A DNA stretch of 64,000 nucleotides from contig VJWM01000134.1 of assembly GCA_010909165.1 (NCBI GenBank), forward strand, positions 620,001 to 684,000, read 5' to 3'. The DNA comes from Anthoceros angustus. Lineage: Eukaryota; Plantae; Anthocerotophyta. Made by a program: the position numbers and the translations under genes. This document shows positions 62,385-64,000 of this stretch, in pieces (within the stretch, counting starts at the first letter, position 1; the number at the start of each line of letters is the position of its first letter). The notes beneath the pieces were generated by a model. The model saw only the letters and a program-made list of their open reading frames with translations, had not been told where the DNA came from and did no database searches.

Positions 62385-63163
62385 ATGGCTTCCGGAATAT
62401 CAAGAACGCGTTCAACGGACTCAGACGCGGCAGCACCGCATGAGACCATGCAGGCCGAGTATATTGCGGATTCCAGTGCAGCAATGATCCGCTCAAGTTC
62501 CACCAGCGCTACCGCACGGCCTTATTCTGCGTGGACGGAAGTCGCGGGAACACAGTTCGTGTGCAGTCAGGGCAGAACAGCCTCGCAGGTGTCCGCAATC
62601 GGCAGCCGGAGGACGGCATTCCAGAAATGGCCAGGGAGGAGCCCGGGCTTCACCAGCGGGAAACCGAATCACTGGCTGCTGCGGAGATGCTTGAGCAGCC
62701 TCTCGGAGTGTCAGGCAACGGCAACGGCAACGGCAGCCGCCGCCGAGGCCAGGCTACAGGGCCGCTATTCTGACGACCAGTCGCGCAGATGCAGCATTCA
62801 TCACATTCAGGCTGAGCGGAGGAGGAGGAAGTTACAGAACGACAGCATTGCGGAGCTCCGACGCTTGCTTCCTAAGACGAACAAGGTTCTTTCTCGTCTC
62901 CCTCGCAAGCTGGTGTGTGTTGATCTGGCCCTAATCCGCTACACTATCGTCTCATTTGTTCGTCGATTTGTGAAATTGTGTGGATGCAGAAGGACAAAGC
63001 GTTCGTCCTGCGCCACACGATCGACTATATGAACACCCTGCTTTCCCAGAACCGGCAGCTCGAGGAGTGCAGTCGTCAGCTTGGGGAAAAAATTCGTCAG
63101 CAGGACGAGGAACTTTCCCGGCTCAGGGCCAACGCCTCCGCTCGGAGCGTGCAGGAAGCCTAA
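62385..63163 (+). CDS. bHLH transcription factor with C-terminal heptad coiled coil (5-prime exons unresolved, may extend to about 61030)
   Basis: HHIQAERRRRKLQNDSIAELRRLLP, intron 62886-62989, KDKAFVLRHTIDYMNTL, then a Leu heptad repeat. Confidence 0.8.
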
Positions 63164-63271
63164 ACTCACTGGCCGCACGTTTTCGGCATTGTCCGAGGCG
63201 CAAGTTCGGAGGCAATACCTAATATCTCAACGTGAGGTAATTCGGACGCTCGTTTTCCTTATGCTTGGAAT

Positions 63272-63390
63272 GGGTTAGGCAGGGGTTCCCACAGGCTAAG
63301 CAGGGTTAAGTAGGGGGTTCTACAGGCTAAGCAGGGGTTACGTAGGGGGGTGCAACAGGTTAAGCGGTTGAGGCGTTAGTTTAGGGTTAG
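63272..63390. repeat. G-rich degenerate repeat with telomere-like TTTAGGGTTAG
   Basis: ACAGG(C/T)TAAGCAGGG(G)TTA.GTAGGGGG units, about 3 copies. Confidence 0.7.
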
Positions 63391-63691
63391 ATACTGGGAC
63401 CGGGGACAGGTGAAGTGGGCGTATTTCACGTTGAAAACAGGACTGACAGGGTGACGACGGAGGCCGGCCTAGTTTGTCGTGTTGTAGGAGCGGAGCGCCT
63501 TCTCTGTCTCCTGCAGCCTGCTCCCAAACCGGCTTTGCTGCTATACAAGGATGGGTCTTCCAGTCCGATCTTCAGGCTTCTCCTGTCTGGCTCTCACAAC
63601 CTTGGGGCAGCAGCCAGCCGCCAGCAGCCTCTACTGTGGACGTGCACTTGTGTGCCGAGGTGACTACCTCGAGGCTAAGGCTGGAAGTGCA

Positions 63692-63722
63692 GAGGAGGAG
63701 GAGGAGGAGGAGGAGGAGGAGG
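63692..63722. repeat. (GAG)n microsatellite
   Basis: About 10 GAG units. Confidence 0.9.
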
Positions 63723-64000
63723 GGGATCCAGAGGAGCTGCAATTGTGGGAATGAGGTTTGGTCCGACCGAGAGGAGACATTGCAGGCTCTGCTATCCTGC
63801 TCGACTGAAGAGCGGCGCAGCTTGGAAATTCAGAGCCGCAGCTAGCTGTGGCCAATTTGGCTTAGAGGGAGTCCGTGTAGGAGCTGATACAGGGGCTGTG
63901 GTAGTGTAACATCAGTGCTTCGGGAACATTGCTTGCTGGAGACCGTCGTGCCCAGGTTGAAGGCAGGTGCAGGTGTGGTCGACCCCCTGCCTGAGGAAGG

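Noticed and set aside
63400-64000. Coding region at the window end
   Set aside because: No frame with recognisable motifs; cannot be supported without downstream sequence.

Overview
Eukaryotic, plant-type genomic DNA with short (about 80-130 nt) GT-AG introns. The compact genes and transposon mix suggest a non-seed land plant such as a hornwort or other bryophyte (inference). Host genes, all on +: RecQ helicase RECQ2 (3486-9561), a P1B-2 Zn/Cd heavy-metal ATPase with unusual His-rich N-terminal and Cys-pair-rich C-terminal extensions (52585-57755), proteasome alpha-4 subunit (58047-60585) and a bHLH factor (to 63163). The 42 kb between RECQ2 and the ATPase is a nest of mobile DNA. It holds a pogo-like MITE, a complete-ended MULE (long TIRs, 9-bp TSD) split by a 6.5-kb TG...CA solo-LTR-like insert, L1 and CRE-like LINE relics, a second MITE, a piggyBac-family transposase with a long novel N-terminus, an orphan ORF, and a young Ty1/copia element with extra ORFs. 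A pair of piggyBac-like termini (9965 and 52214) brackets this whole interval, raising the hypothesis of a giant cargo-carrying piggyBac element. About ten microhomology-joined tandem duplications and many 1-bp indels point to a noisy long-read assembly, so frameshifts and duplicate gene copies must be treated with caution.
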